From the human T2T-CHM13v2.0 reference genome, Homo sapiens, in NCBI RefSeq assembly GCF_009914755.1, contig NC_060928.1: 64,000 bases of DNA; one strand, given 5' to 3'. Position numbers and translations under genes: made by a program. Positions within the stretch are counted from its first letter, which is position 1, and each line of letters begins with the position of its first letter. The notes beneath the pieces are model-generated. The model saw only the letters and a program-made list of their open reading frames with translations. It had not been told where the DNA came from and did no database searches. Positions 49,438-62,499 of the stretch are shown one piece after another.

Positions 49438-49654
49438 ATTTCTCTGAAGAGGGTAGACAATGGCCCAAAAACAATGTTAGTGAAATCTTGGTATATATTT
49501 GTTCTCATTAATTCTCACATTTTTTTCCTTGTAAACTAGGTAAGGATCACAAATGATATAACTATGGATTATATTAGTGTCTTAGAAATACATAGTAGGT
49601 ATTCAAAACATATTTGGTGAATGACCAAATAAATTGAATAAAACAAACAAAACA

Positions 49655-49935
49655 GGAGGGGTCCTGGGACAACTGGATACTCATATGCAAGAATGAACCT
49701 GGACCCCTCACTCCATATACAAAAATTTATCAAAGACCTTAGGAGGGGTTAATGTGGAATACCTGCTGATCAGGTAGACAATTGCATACAATGAAAGTAT
49801 TCTGGATAATACTGATTGCACAACTTTGTGAATACACTAAAAACTACTGAACTGTACATGTTAAAAGGATGAATTTTATGGTTAAGTATATCTCAATTTA
49901 AAAAGTAGATGCAAAGAAAAAATAAAATAAAGTAA
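49655..49935 (+). mobile_element. L1M (L1MB/MC-like) fragments: ORF2 piece joined to a 3' end
   Basis: ctgggacaactggata...gaatgaacctggaccc; then gtgaatacactaaaaactactgaactgtaca. Confidence 0.65.
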
Positions 49936-50091
49936 ACAATAGCAGCAACAACAAAACCATGGCCCAGAAAGCTGAATTGAGGCTCTTATTGAAATGTTCT
50001 GCCTAGGCAGTCTTAACATTGGAGTGGAATGTAAGTTATAGATGAATGAACACTTTTTAGTTAAAACAAAATTGAAGATAATTAAAGGATA

Positions 50092-50502
50092 TGCTATATT
50101 TCATATATATGAGGCATTTTTTTTTTCAGATTTCTGAAATGGGAATGTATCTTTCTTTTTTTTTTTTTTTTTGAGATGGCAGGGTGAGCCCTGTTGCCCA
50201 GGCTGGGGTACAGTGGCCCTATCATGGCTCATTGCAACCTCTGCCTCTCAGGTTCAAGTGATTCTCCTGCCTCAGCCTCCTGAGTAGCTGGGACCGCAGA
50301 CGTGTGCCACTATGACCAGCTAATTTTTATATTTTTAGTAGAGACAAAGTTTCCCCATGTTGGCCAGGCTGGTCTCAAACTCCTGACCTCGGCCTCCCAG
50401 GGAATGTGTCTTTTAATTGACAAAGTGTCACAATTCATTTGGCTTCATTTTTTCTTTGTGGTACCTAAAATTGTGAGATGTCTTAGATTTAATGAAATAT
50501 AA
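50092..50502. mobile_element. MER104-like Tc2 MITE split by an Alu
   Basis: tttctgaaatgggaatgt.tct...tttctttgtggtacctaaaat...gtcttagatttaatgaaata. Confidence 0.6.
50152..50399 (-). mobile_element. 5'-truncated AluS/J with a small internal deletion
   Basis: Antisense Alu; TSD GGGAATGT(A/G)TCTTT at 50141-50154 and 50400-50413. Confidence 0.88.
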
Positions 50503-50520
50503 TACTCATTTTAAAAACAA

Positions 50521-51073
50521 TGTGGCAGAGGCAGAGGTTGTTAGCTGTACCTCAATATGTACTCTCTTCTTCCCACACAGTAATAAGAATGTTTTTAGCT
50601 GGGGAAATGATCAACCACCCAAAGACTCTATTTCCAGTTTTCCTTAAAGCTAGGTGTGGCCATGCACCCAAGTTCTGGCCAATGATATGTAAGCAGAGGT
50701 AGTGTGCGCAACTTCTGGTTTATGACCTTAAAGGGAAGGAGTGTGCTTCGCTTCTTTTCCTTTCTTTTCTTCTTTCCTCCCTCCTTCTTTTGTTCCTTCT
50801 TTTCTCTTCATCCCCTCCCTCCTTCCCTCATTCTCTTCCTTCTAGATAGCAGATGTGATGGTAGAAGCTGAGGAGCCATTTTCATCCATGAGATGGATGC
50901 CACATATTGAGGTTTGTAAAGCAATGAGAGAAGGTAATGAGTTCTTAATGATCAGGAAACCAGTAGACTAGCCCTGGACTGACTGTACAGACTTTCATGT
51001 GATAAAGAAACTAGAAAATTTGTTTAAGCCATTCGTCTTTGCTACAGGAACTGACCAAATATTCTATCAAATA
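50521..51073 (+). mobile_element. MLT1J-like MaLR LTR
   Basis: tgtggcaga...gctaggtgtggccatg...aagttctggccaatga...ttgtttaagcca. Confidence 0.8.
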
Positions 51074-51149
51074 TAAATGGTTTCTAAATTTCATTTTTCT
51101 GGGAGTAAGTATTACCACTTTCTGCAATGGGATAAACTCCACTTCCTAT

Positions 51150-51168
51150 ACACACACACACACACACA
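51150..51168 (+). repeat. (AC)n microsatellite
   Basis: Directly visible. Confidence 0.9.
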
Positions 51169-51179
51169 TCCCCCTTGTT

Positions 51180-51667
51180 TGGGTGAAATGAGTTACTAAA
51201 TGTAGCATTTATTTATAAGGAATGCATTGTGAATAGTTTCTCAGTTTTCATTATGGAAAGATGATGATTTCAGCCCACATTCAGTGTATGTTTCTAAATA
51301 ACACAATCGACAGGACTGTCTGTTCAGTACAATGGAGGACAGCTTTTTCAGGGCAAATGGGATTTCTTGATAATGCTAAATCTGTCTTGTCAGCTGAATT
51401 TCTTGGGCTTTATGTGGCAGTGTGGTAAAAATATATGATCAGATTTCACTGTTAAGAAAATTCTTTCAGCAATACATGTAGAGTCAAGTTTCTTGCATGG
51501 ATAACTGAACATGTGGGTTATGAGATTTTAAAAAATGTCTCGTGACAAACTTTACGGAAATGCAACAATCTGGACATCTAGTTTTGTCTGAGAGTGGCGT
51601 GGATATGAAGAACTGTGCTGTTGGTGCTGATGCCACACTAAGTTTTGGCAGTCACACTCTTGGTTCT
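51180..51667 (-). other. TBCK: TBCK proximal 3'UTR (~0.5 kb, repeat-free)
   Basis: Unique sequence between the stop codon and an AATAAA at 51213-51208, followed by a GU-rich tract. Confidence 0.8.
51208..51213 (-). promoter_or_regulatory. TBCK: Proximal poly(A) signal AATAAA
   Basis: TTTATT on + strand; (TG)n downstream element ~40 nt further along the minus strand. Confidence 0.75.
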
Positions 51668-51865
<198 letters not shown>

Positions 51866-53107
51866 TTAATTTAATGTTATGATTGCTGCCACCACTGTAT
51901 AATAAGTTGTCAACTTGGTTATTAATATAAATTAAATCACTCTTTTATATGCTGACGCTGACAATTTCTTTATCTTATGGAATAAATGTCTCTTCAGTTC
52001 TCTTTTATGATTTTTTTGAATATGTGATAAATATACATGGTAAACAATTCAAATTCAGTAGTAAAGGGTATACAATGAGAAGTAAACTCATTCCACTTCT
52101 GTTCCCAGTCCTCCCTCTCCAGAGGTCATTAATGTTACTATTTTTAGGTATTCTTCCAGTAATAGTCAAAACAAGCTCAAATGTACATTGAAAAAATTTT
52201 GATATTATGGTCCACTTCAATGTCCCACAGAGAGCCCATAAACCAGTTGTAACATGTTTTTGGAGCAATCACAACTAACATTTTGAGTCCACAAACCTGG
52301 AATGAATTTGAAGGACAGATCCAGGAAGACTTCTAGATGTCTAGCACAAGAGGACTTTGTAAAAGTTATCAAGACATATACACAGACGACTTAGCTAAAA
52401 TCTACCTATCCAGGATCATCGATTGCCTTTCCTTATTCTTTGCACTTTATGATAAAGCATCCCTCAACTGCGTATCAATCCCAATATAGCATACTGCTTT
52501 ATGCTCAGACCTTTTCTTGGGCAGATTGTCCAATGTTGGGCACATGCTCCATTTCCCACCAATTCCTGTCCCCTCTTTAGCGCCTCCTCAATAGTAACCC
52601 CCACACATAACCTCAAACCTGCCTAACTTCTATTCATTTTCCTGCTCAGGCACTTCCTTCTCTAGAAGCTAAGTTGCCATTAGGGTCCCTGCTTCTCAGC
52701 TCCCGAAGTTTCTTGTATGAATCTCAATCTTTGGCCTTACCTCATTTATTTAAATTATCCATTTAAGAGCTTCCTTCTATTTTGTTTTCTTCTTGGTAGC
52801 TGGCAGATGGTAGGGGCTCAATATATGTTTGCTGGATTGAACTAAACTATGCCAAATGACCATAAAACCTAGGGCAAAATTATGAAGTAAAGAAGTTTTT
52901 CTTTGGCCCTTTGCCTATTTTATCTCTGTTCCTTCTCTTTGATAGTGTCCTATTCCTCCTCATTGAGTATTTGTGTCTTCAAGTTCTTTTCAATTACTGT
53001 CTCTACTAAAACCTGATCTTAGATCCTTCAATAAAAATGACTAATCTGCTCACAGTGCTATTGCTTCTTGGGGCTATTTGAAGCTTAATACTTAGTAATA
53101 TCTCAAG

Positions 53108-53290
53108 GCAGCAATCTAAACTTTAGGGTTCAAAAGAATGGGCTGAGTGGTTTGGCCAGGACAAGTTCAAGGCCTCACTCCCAGAGATTCTGCTTTATTG
53201 ATCTGGGGCTCAGGGATAGGTATTTTTAAATAAGCACCTGTAGATGATTCTAAAGCAGGTGGCCCATGGACAATTTTTTGAATAATACTG
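53108..53290. mobile_element. MER5A1-like MITE
   Basis: cccagagattctg...tatttttaaataagcacc...gatgattctaaagcaggtgg. Confidence 0.7.
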
Positions 53291-54860
53291 TCTTAAGTCA
53301 AAAGGATAAAGGTCTCGGTCAGTAGGTGGAATAAATAATGCTGGACTGGGATCTTAGCAATCTCCAAAATAACTCACATAAATGGGTCTTAGTACTGCTA
53401 ACCCTACTTATCTTCTCTGTGATTCTCTGCAGTGGCTCCACAGAGATTCAAACGGCTGTTCATATTTCACATCCTATCCTCTCTTAGAGCTAACAGATGG
53501 GAATCCTTGATAGTAACTAATGTTGAAGAGAAACAGTGCTCCTGTATTTCAAAAGGTGTCAAGTGAGCTGGTGTGAGCTGGTCTTCATCCTGTTCTTACT
53601 TCTCTTTGAACCCCAGTCCTTAAGAAAGCAAGCACCAGATTCATCTGCCTGAGTCATGTGCAGGCAGCACAGTCCCTGGTACCATATGATTATTGAAACA
53701 TCTTGGCTGCATTCTCCTACATGCACAATTCAATTACCATTTAGGCCAGAATTCTAAGATAAACATAACATTACTGAAAAAGCCTTGTGGATAAGCAGTC
53801 TTAACTTTCAGTTCTTTCAAAACATTGTGGAAATCAGAAAATGAGTAACGAAGGACTGTACATGCAACTAATCTCCCTTAAACTATGCTGTAGAGCTGGA
53901 AAGAGTTCTGTTATTGTAAGGAAGTCCCTAACAACCAGGCTGCTACTGAGCTGGAAAATGGTAAAGACAAAGCAGGCAGAACAGAGCACTTTGCAACAAT
54001 CAGGTTGCTGCTGTGTGGGAGGTCTAAGAAGAAGAGTAGAAATGGAGTGCAAGGAGATAGCAAATGTTTAGATGCCTTGAAAAGAAGCAGGCTGTGTTTA
54101 AGAAAAAGAGCAACTGTTGAGTTTTCACATAAGATTATGAGTTATGCTCCTCTGATGCTCTGCTGTGTTTTCAATTATCCATGTTAAATACTGGCCCCTG
54201 GCAGTGAAACCACGACTGCATCTTTTCTACTGCTATGGAAACATTTCTTTGCTCAGTTATTCGGTCATTCATTTATCAAACATTTCACTGAGCACCTACT
54301 AAGTAGGTACCAGGCACTGTTCCAGTTTTTGGAGTGCTTAGAGTTCAGTGGGGGAGATAGTATTAGACAATTAATATGAAGTAGTATGGGTAGCATAAAA
54401 GCAGAAGTTTAGGGATCTTAGCAGTCCAGAGATAATAAGCCGAGTTTCTGAATTTAACAGGGGCTGGGGAGCTGGTTTCTTTCTTCTTTCCTTTTATTTC
54501 TCTTTCATTACTGACTCTTAAAGGGAATGAGAATCCAGATGAGATGGCCACAGTTGCTATACTTATCAGACAATATTCTTTGTGGCTATAGCTTGACAGG
54601 TTAGGGAGGAAAGAAAAGGCTGTGAATGTGCTGGGGTAGATTTCCACAGTGTTAAATAAGTCACATCATACATGGAGAAGATATACAGTGGGACAGGGGA
54701 GAACCAGGCATCTAGGGTATAGGGTTTCTTCCATCTTTCATTTTTCATCTGGCAGGGCTTTTGACTGTATACTCCACAGAGTGCAGACTCCACCCAGAAA
54801 TTACAAATCTACACTTACTGAGCAACATCCTTGGTGGGGGTGGCAGGATATCATACTGAA

Positions 54861-55038
54861 CCAGTGGTTATAAAGTCAGCAGAATCATCTGGTTGCTTTT
54901 ATTAAACAGCAATAACAAGGTTTGTTGCAGACTAATAATAAGTAGAGTTTCTTGGGACAGATCTCTGACATCAGTTGTTTTTAAAAGGCTCCCCCTTTCC
55001 CAGGTGATTCTAATGTGTAACTAGCATTGAGAGTCATT
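54861..55038. mobile_element. MER5B-like MITE
   Basis: ccagtggtt...cagaatcatctgg...cccaggtgattctaatgtg...ttgagagtca. Confidence 0.7.
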
Positions 55039-55179
55039 TAATTAGATAATGGGATTCATTTGCAGGTCAGGTTTGTCTGGGACCTCAAACTGCAATTCCT
55101 ATACGTATATGTGGAGAGCAAGTCACTTTGCACTAGAAGAGGCTGCTGTGTTTGTAGGGCTGAAATTTGTGAGAGCTGA

Positions 55180-55780
55180 ACTTTATCAGACATAGTAGAA
55201 TTTAATGTGAAACAGATTATTGCAGATAAAAAGGGAGATTTCATAATGATAAAAAATTCAATTTGCTGAAAAGATATGACAATTCTAAATCTGTGAGCAT
55301 TCAATAACTAAGACTCAGAATATAAAAATGTGATAGCACTGAATGGCAAAACAGACAAATCCACCATGATGGTAGGTGAAATAACAACCAGAAAAAAAAC
55401 GGTAAGATGCAATACTTGAACAATGCAATTAACAAATCTACTTAAGGGACAGATACAGAACACTAATACCCAATGCCTTCAGAATAAAATTCTTTTTGAG
55501 TACATGTGAAACATTTCCAAAATTGACCAATTCAAAAAAGCAACTCAACTTTCAGATTTTTAAAGGATTGAAATTATTCAGATTATGTTCTTTGATGACA
55601 GTAAATATTATGCTGGAAATCAGTAACAAAAGGGTGACTAGAAAAATCTCTAACTCTTTCTAAATTAAGCAATATGCCTCTAAACATTACAGGTCAAAGA
55701 ATTCACAATGAAAATTAGAAAATATTCTCAACTGATTAATAATGAAAATAACATAAAAACTCGTGGGTTGCCACTAAGGC
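55180..55780 (+). mobile_element. Old L1M ORF2 (endonuclease region) fragment
   Basis: atcagaca...gataaaaagggagatttcataatgataaaa...acaattctaaat typical of the ORF2 N-terminus. Confidence 0.75.
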
Positions 55781-57829
55781 CCACTATAGGGCTACATCCC
55801 ATGTAGAGAGAATGGGGGTCTTCAAATTGCACAACTAGCTGAGATCTATATAGCAACATCCCACGTGAGGGGGCCAGATATGATATCTCCTGGCACAGTA
55901 TCTGGGGACTTCCAGACCTCATTTTTGTGGACAGTACTCCATGTGGGGAGGGCAAAGCTTTTGTATTTTCACAGTTCCTCTGGTTTTTAGGATCTGGTGC
56001 TGGAATTCATTTCTAGGATGTGGTCAGGCACACCTTAATACAGCAGTGTCTGAATATGGAAGGTTCTTGCGGGTGCCACTCTATCTTGTTTTCTCTCTTT
56101 ATCTTGCATCTGAACTTGGATTAAGAGACTGGCATGTTTGCCCGGAGAAAGTTAAGTTGTGCAGTAGCAGGAGAATAAGTGAAGAAAAGGGATTTTTAAG
56201 CAGCCACAGAGTACTGTGGGTGAACTAAGGCCAAAAAATTAAAAGCTGATGATAGGTAGGATTCATGAGGTATGTAGAACAGAATCATGTCTCTCACTGG
56301 GCCCTCTAGGACACAGGTTTGGGAATAACTCACAGTAGCAGCAGGAAACTAAGAAAGTTTGGGGTTCTGGAAGATTTAGGGAGGAACACATGGCAGGACA
56401 ATTAGGTTACCTGATACGAGTTTGAAGTTGATACTGGAGACTGGACAATTGGCATGGACTAACTAAGACCCTGACAAAGCTCAAACAGAGAAGTCTTTTA
56501 TCTCTTCCATTTTATCTGGCCATTCCTTTCCCTCCAAATAATCCTACATTTGGGGTATGAAAATTTTACTTTCGGTTGAGCATGGTATTGAATAAAGAAA
56601 CTGGCAATTATCCTATAATAAGCAGCTGTAGTAATTTGTTTTTCTTCATCTTATGGACGTGAGGCAGATGCTATTAGTCTTATGCCTCCTCTTGACCCTC
56701 TGGAATGCTTAATATGACACATATTCAATATTTCTGGCACTGTGTGACCATGGCTAGGCTGATGCTTCACACAAATTAGGTGCATATTTCTAAGAGCTTG
56801 GCTAGACAAGGCAGATAAGCATATTTGAGATGAAAAACAGAATATGGGGTGATTTCTCAATCTAGAGTACAGTGTGGTCTTGGAATGAATATAAATGAAG
56901 TGCTGTCTTGTTCCAATTATTTAAGAAATTTCTGAGCTCATTAATAAAGTTCTTAATCAGTAGAACTGCCCATCTCAGTGCTCTCAATGAGAAACATAAG
57001 AGCTGTGGCAAGGATTAGTAGGAAAGAGGTGGGAATGATTTATCTAATACTGCACTGATTTCTTCCCTTGATTATATAATTAAATATAATTTTGAATGTC
57101 ACTTTTTGTTTCAATCCTTATTGTGTTCCCCCATACTGAGATAAATATTTTGTGTCCTGCTAGTTTTCCGTATTCAGATCTTTTTAACTCATTGAAGTTT
57201 ATTTTCTTAATAGCATTATATAAGGTATAAAACTGGTTTTCATAGTAATAATATCTAGTAACAATTAGGCAGTGGTTGCTGTATTTTCTAATTTCACTCA
57301 CAGAAATAAAACCAGCAGCAGAGCAAAGCCAAGAAGGTGAATGCACAGGCCAGTAATCATTTTATACCCTACCATAGGCACTTGTGACAAGGAAGGAGAA
57401 GAACAGGTAATTCCAGCATATTAGTGTGTTATATATGAGAAAATGCTAATTATGTATTTTTAAAAAGTGGGAGAGTCTAGAAGAATAGTCATTACATGGT
57501 CCAGCTTTCTCATCCATGTTTATTTTATAAATAACTACTCCAATGTTATCTGGGATATTTTGAAGCCATACTAATAGTATTCTTTAGTATTGTCCACAAA
57601 AAGGGTTCTAATAAACTTTTAACCAAGTTGTTTCTAATTTTTTTGGAACCAATCTTTGAGGTTAGGAAATTTGATAGTGTAAGGATTTTTATCTTAAAAA
57701 ATATTTTTATAGTTTGTGTTACATAAGGAGATATTATAAATATCTAGAGTGTGCTAACTCAATGCATTTTCATGTTTTAATTTCCCATTACCCAAAGTTA
57801 CTATCTTTATTTCATGTCTTCCCATTCTT

Positions 57830-58310
57830 TCTCTGTACATTTTTATTTTAAAAAAAGTCAAAAAATATATAAATATAGACAAGAAAGGTATAACGAGCTG
57901 CTAGGTCCCCAACACTCAGCTTCAACAATTGTAACTTGTAGCTAAATTGTATCATTTATTCCTTCCATGCCCTCTTCCCACCTTTGTACTGTTTTGATGC
58001 AAACCCAGATATTTTATCATTTCATACATAAACATGTATCACTGAAATAACAGGATTTAAAAAATATATACCCATAGTACTATCACACCTAGAAAAAAGC
58101 CCCAATAATACTCTTCCTGTAAAATATAATCAAATATTCAGCAAGTGTTCAAATTTTGAATTAGCTCATAACTCATAAACGTCCTCTCTCTCTCTTCCCC
58201 TCCCTCTCTTTGTCTATCCATCTGTTCATCCATAATTAAATTTGTTGAGTCAGGATCCAAACAAGGGCCACGCACTGTGACTGACGGACATCTTTTAAGG
58301 CTCTTTTAAT
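57830..58310 (-). mobile_element. L1ME/MC 3' end
   Basis: actcagcttcaacaatt...gcaaacccaga...caggatccaaacaag motifs. Confidence 0.6.
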
Positions 58311-58329
58311 CTAATGGTTTGTCCTATCT

Positions 58330-59790
58330 CTTTTCATTTCTTTGCAAGAAGCCTATTCTCTCTCAAATTCTCCCCAAACTTTTGTCTCTACCACTCCCCC
58401 AAAATACTCTTATTAAGACTGGCAGTAATCTCCACATTGTCAAATCCAATTTTTAAAACTCATTCTGAATCTGACTTGGCCTATCAGCATCATATGACAC
58501 ATTTGATCATGCCCTCCTTTCTTCAAAACTTTCTTCCATTAGCCTTCAGTACACCAATCTCTCCTGGTTCTACTACTTCACTAGCTGTGCCTTCTCATCT
58601 CCCTTGGTGGATTTATCTTATCTTTTTGACTTCGTGCTCCATTGCTTAGTCCTCTGACCTCTTCTCTATCTACATTCCTCCCCTAAATGATTTCATTTAG
58701 TCCCACAGGTTTAAGTCCTATCTATACACTGATGACTGTAAATTTGTCTTTACTATCTTCCCTGGAATTTAAACTCATGAATCTGCTTCCTCAACATCTA
58801 TTAGACACTTTGATATCTACTAGGCTTCACAAACTTAACAGTTTCAAAGGGGAACACTTGATTCCTACCCTCCTCTACCCAATCCTCTCCTGAAGTCTTC
58901 CTTATCTCAGGAAATGGCAATTTCAGTCTTCTAGTTATCTAACTAATAAACCTGGATATGTTTCTTTTTTTCTTTACCAATGTATCCTGTAACTTTCAAA
59001 ACATATTCAGAATCTGATCACTTCTCACTGCCTGTACTAATATTGTATTAGCTCAAGTGATGGTTATTTCTTACCTAGATTATTGTTAACAACCTATCAA
59101 CTGGTCTCCCCTGCCTCCACTCTTTCCGCTATGGTCTAACCCTCACACAACGTGAGTGATCCTTTTAAAATATAAGACAGACATTTCACATAACCTGTCA
59201 CAAAGCATTTTAACGGCCTGTAGCTTTATTCAGAATACATTCCTAAGTCTTTTCCATAGTCTATGAGGTCTTACATGATCTGCAAATCTGCAAACAATTT
59301 CCCAACTCCCCAACTCCCCATCATCTACCTCTCTAATCTCATCTCCCAGTCCAAACCACCATCATCTCTTACTTAGATTACTGCAAGAACTTCTTGAATG
59401 ACTGCTTCTATCCTTGCCCAGTATAATCTTTCTCTACATGACAATCATCAAAAGAATGATTCTCTTAAAATATGAGTCGGATGATATAACACCCTTTGTT
59501 CCACATCTTCTATTGGCTTTCCATCTCAGAATAAGAGCTCCACTAATCACTCTACAAAGAAAAGAAGCCATCAGCACTCTTTTTCCTCGTGTTAACCTTA
59601 TTTGATCATTTATAACCACTTTATATATATATCTAAACTATATATATGTATGTATGTTTATTGATGGTCTCTCCCAAATATTGTAAGTTCCATGACAGTA
59701 GGAACTTAATTTTACTTGTTACTGTTTCTCCAATGCCTAGAACAGTGACTGCTAGTACACAGTATTTGCTCTAATATATGTTGAATAACT
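58330..59790 (+). mobile_element. L2, fragmented, ending in its 3' tail
   Basis: gtcaaatccaat, tgatgact, aaccaccatcatctctt, tgtaagttccatga...tgcctagaacagtg...tgttgaat. Confidence 0.8.
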
Positions 59791-59860
59791 GATTCATTCA
59801 TTCAACAAATACTTTCTGAGCATCTACTGTGTGTCAGGCACTATGCTAGGGACTGGTTAA
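59791..59860 (-). mobile_element. L2 3' tail in the opposite orientation
   Basis: attcattcattcaacaaata...tgagcatctactgtgtgtcaggcact. Confidence 0.75.
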
Positions 59861-60848
59861 GCTGTTTTACTTCCAGTGGAGGAGGCAGAAAGGATTTTAG
59901 AGCAAATAGTAAGGAATCTGACTGGCTCTGGTAAGAGTCAAATGCTAGTTGCTTTTATCTTTTACTAATAGAGTCTTCACCCAACTCTTGTATGAGTTGA
60001 ACAGGCAAGATGATTTTTTAAAATGATATCTTAGGTAAAAGACATCTACACAAAAATATATTTATACAATAATTTTGATGAAGTTTATAACTATAGAAAT
60101 AATAAATGCTTGTGACATATGTTACTATATGTAACATATCATCTATATCCACCCATGATAGACAATATCCTCACTTCATTTCCACAGTTAAGGAAGAGAA
60201 GTAGATAGAAGAGTTTAGAGAGGATGCAGTGAAAGTTTTACTTTCTACTCTTAGGCTCCATGCTATCATAATCAGATTCTCCATATCTTTCTACCTTTGT
60301 CTGCAGCCAAAACTGCTCTGTTCAAAGAAGCCCCGTGCTTTCTTAGTTACTTTTTTCTCAATGAGTTTGGCAATTTTTAGTGGATCACTCAATAGAAGTG
60401 TGAAAAAAAAAGATAAATGGATATCTTCATGAACAATTATAAATTTTCCTCTCCTATTTTACTTTCATATGTAATTCTAACAAAATCTCATAAGGATTAA
60501 AGGAAAGAAAGATAATTTAAAATTTTTAAATTATAAGTTTTAAATAGAAATGTCAAGACAAATAAATATTTTTCCTATGGTGCATAACATCTTAGCATGA
60601 GTGTGAGTCAATGCAACTTCATAGTTTGGTTTGTTGAAAGTTCAATTATACACACACACACACACACACATATATATAATTTTTTTTCTTCTAACATGTC
60701 AAAATGGTCTTTTCCTTTCCTTTCTCTTCTAGTTCCCTTTGATCTTATTTTCTTTGTAAATTTCTTCTACTAATCACTTGCACTTATGCAATTTTTTTCT
60801 TATTTTTAAGCTAATTTATAATGGAGACAGTCAATTTTTATGGTTTCT

Positions 60849-60954
60849 TGAAACAAATACAAGTTATTAATATATCTTTTAAGGGTCTTTTCAACAATCT
60901 CTGAAACAAATACAAGTTATTAATATATCTTTTAAGGGTCTTTTCAACAATCTC
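60849..60954 (+). repeat. Perfect 53-bp tandem duplication
   Basis: TGAAACAAATACAAGTTATTAATATATCTTTTAAGGGTCTTTTCAACAATCTC at 60849-60901 and 60902-60954. Confidence 0.97.
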
Positions 60955-61349
60955 TTATTGAGACTATCACCTGGAATTTGTCTTTCTTTCTAGAATAATT
61001 CATTTATAAGCTTTTAAAGGTAATTATGGAAATTATGGAAAATTATACCATAATTATGATAATTATGGAAAATGAAGCCCTACACCTTTTTTTCATGTTC
61101 TGTAGAATACTGTTTATTACATAAGTGGGAGGATTCAATACACATCTAGTAGAAGTCTTCTTTGAATTCTAGTCTGAATCTCCAAATGCTCAGCTGATTA
61201 TTTTTCCAGTGATGTACCATTAGCACTTCAAATTCAATATGTCCAAAATTAATCACATTCTTTTCAAACCTACGTTATTCTTCTCTTCTCTATCTCTGGT
61301 AACAGTATCAGCAACCTCCCCAAACACCCAACCTGGAGACTTTAAGGTC

Positions 61350-61498
61350 TTTTTTTAATTAATTTTTTTTTTTTTTTTTGTAGAAACAAGGTCTCGCTTT
61401 GTTGCCCAGACTGGTATCGAACTCCTGGGATCAAGTGATCCTTCCTCCTTAGCCTCCCATAGTGCTAGGATTACAGGTGTGAGCCACCACACCCAGCC
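61350..61498 (-). mobile_element. FLAM_C / free left Alu monomer
   Basis: Single Alu arm (ggtctcgctttgttgccca...gaactcctgggatcaagtgatcc...cccagcc) with T tail. Confidence 0.85.
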
Positions 61499-62499
61499 AA
61501 GTTCTTATATCTGTCTCTAAGTATCTCTCTCTCTCTTTATATATAAATATAGATAGATAGATGTGGATAGATATACACATATATTTTAAACCTCCTTTGT
61601 CTGCACATTTAATTAGTTACAAAGCTGTGTCAATTTAGGACTTGTCTTGTATCCATTCCTTTTTTTTTTTCATTCTTCTTCTACTTCATTTTAGAGTCCA
61701 ATTATTGTTGGATTAGTTCCTAAGTGGTCCTAATGCTTCTAGGTTTTCCTCATCCAGTTCTCTGCTGACTGGTGGTAACATTATGGAAGGTTCTCAGAAA
61801 ATCCTGAGACTTCAGTCAGTATCATACAGAGATTTCTTCCTTACTAGGGTTATTGTCCTTAAGCAAAGTAAGTCAAGATCCATGGATCCCTTCCAAGAAA
61901 TAGTTTGCTTACCATAGTAAAGACAATGTGTACTATTTAAAATTTCTTTTTGGAAGTTACATTTTGATAATAGTTAAGTCTAACATCCCTTTGCATTTCA
62001 AGAAAGACAAATTCATTACACACACACTTGCTTACTCCTAATACAAATACATACATTAACTTATATTTACATGAAAGGTTAACAAGAAGAGAAGACTGTC
62101 CTTTAGTGTTACAAAGAAAGTAAGGAAAGAAAGTGACCAGGTGCCTTGAATCACATAGTAACAGCAGGGGATTATTTCCCCAGTCTCATTTTGAAAGTCA
62201 CAGAGCTTTGGCTATGAGTCTCAGGCAAACCCTTCTATTGTCTCTTCCTCACAGCCTTGTGAGCTTTGTTCACTCTGAGGGCTACCAACTATTTAGATAG
62301 TGAGAGACTGAAAGCTTAAGAGAGAGGGTCAATGTAAAGGTAAGAATCTAGCATTGAGATAGACTGGGAGTATTAGGGAAAATCTCTGTTCCTTGGTGTT
62401 TTAAAATTTGTTTAATTGGGATCAAGGGCAAAAGAAAGGGAAGATGCTTAAATTTTGGCAAACCTTAATACAAATAAAAAAGTTATTTTCCAAACGACT

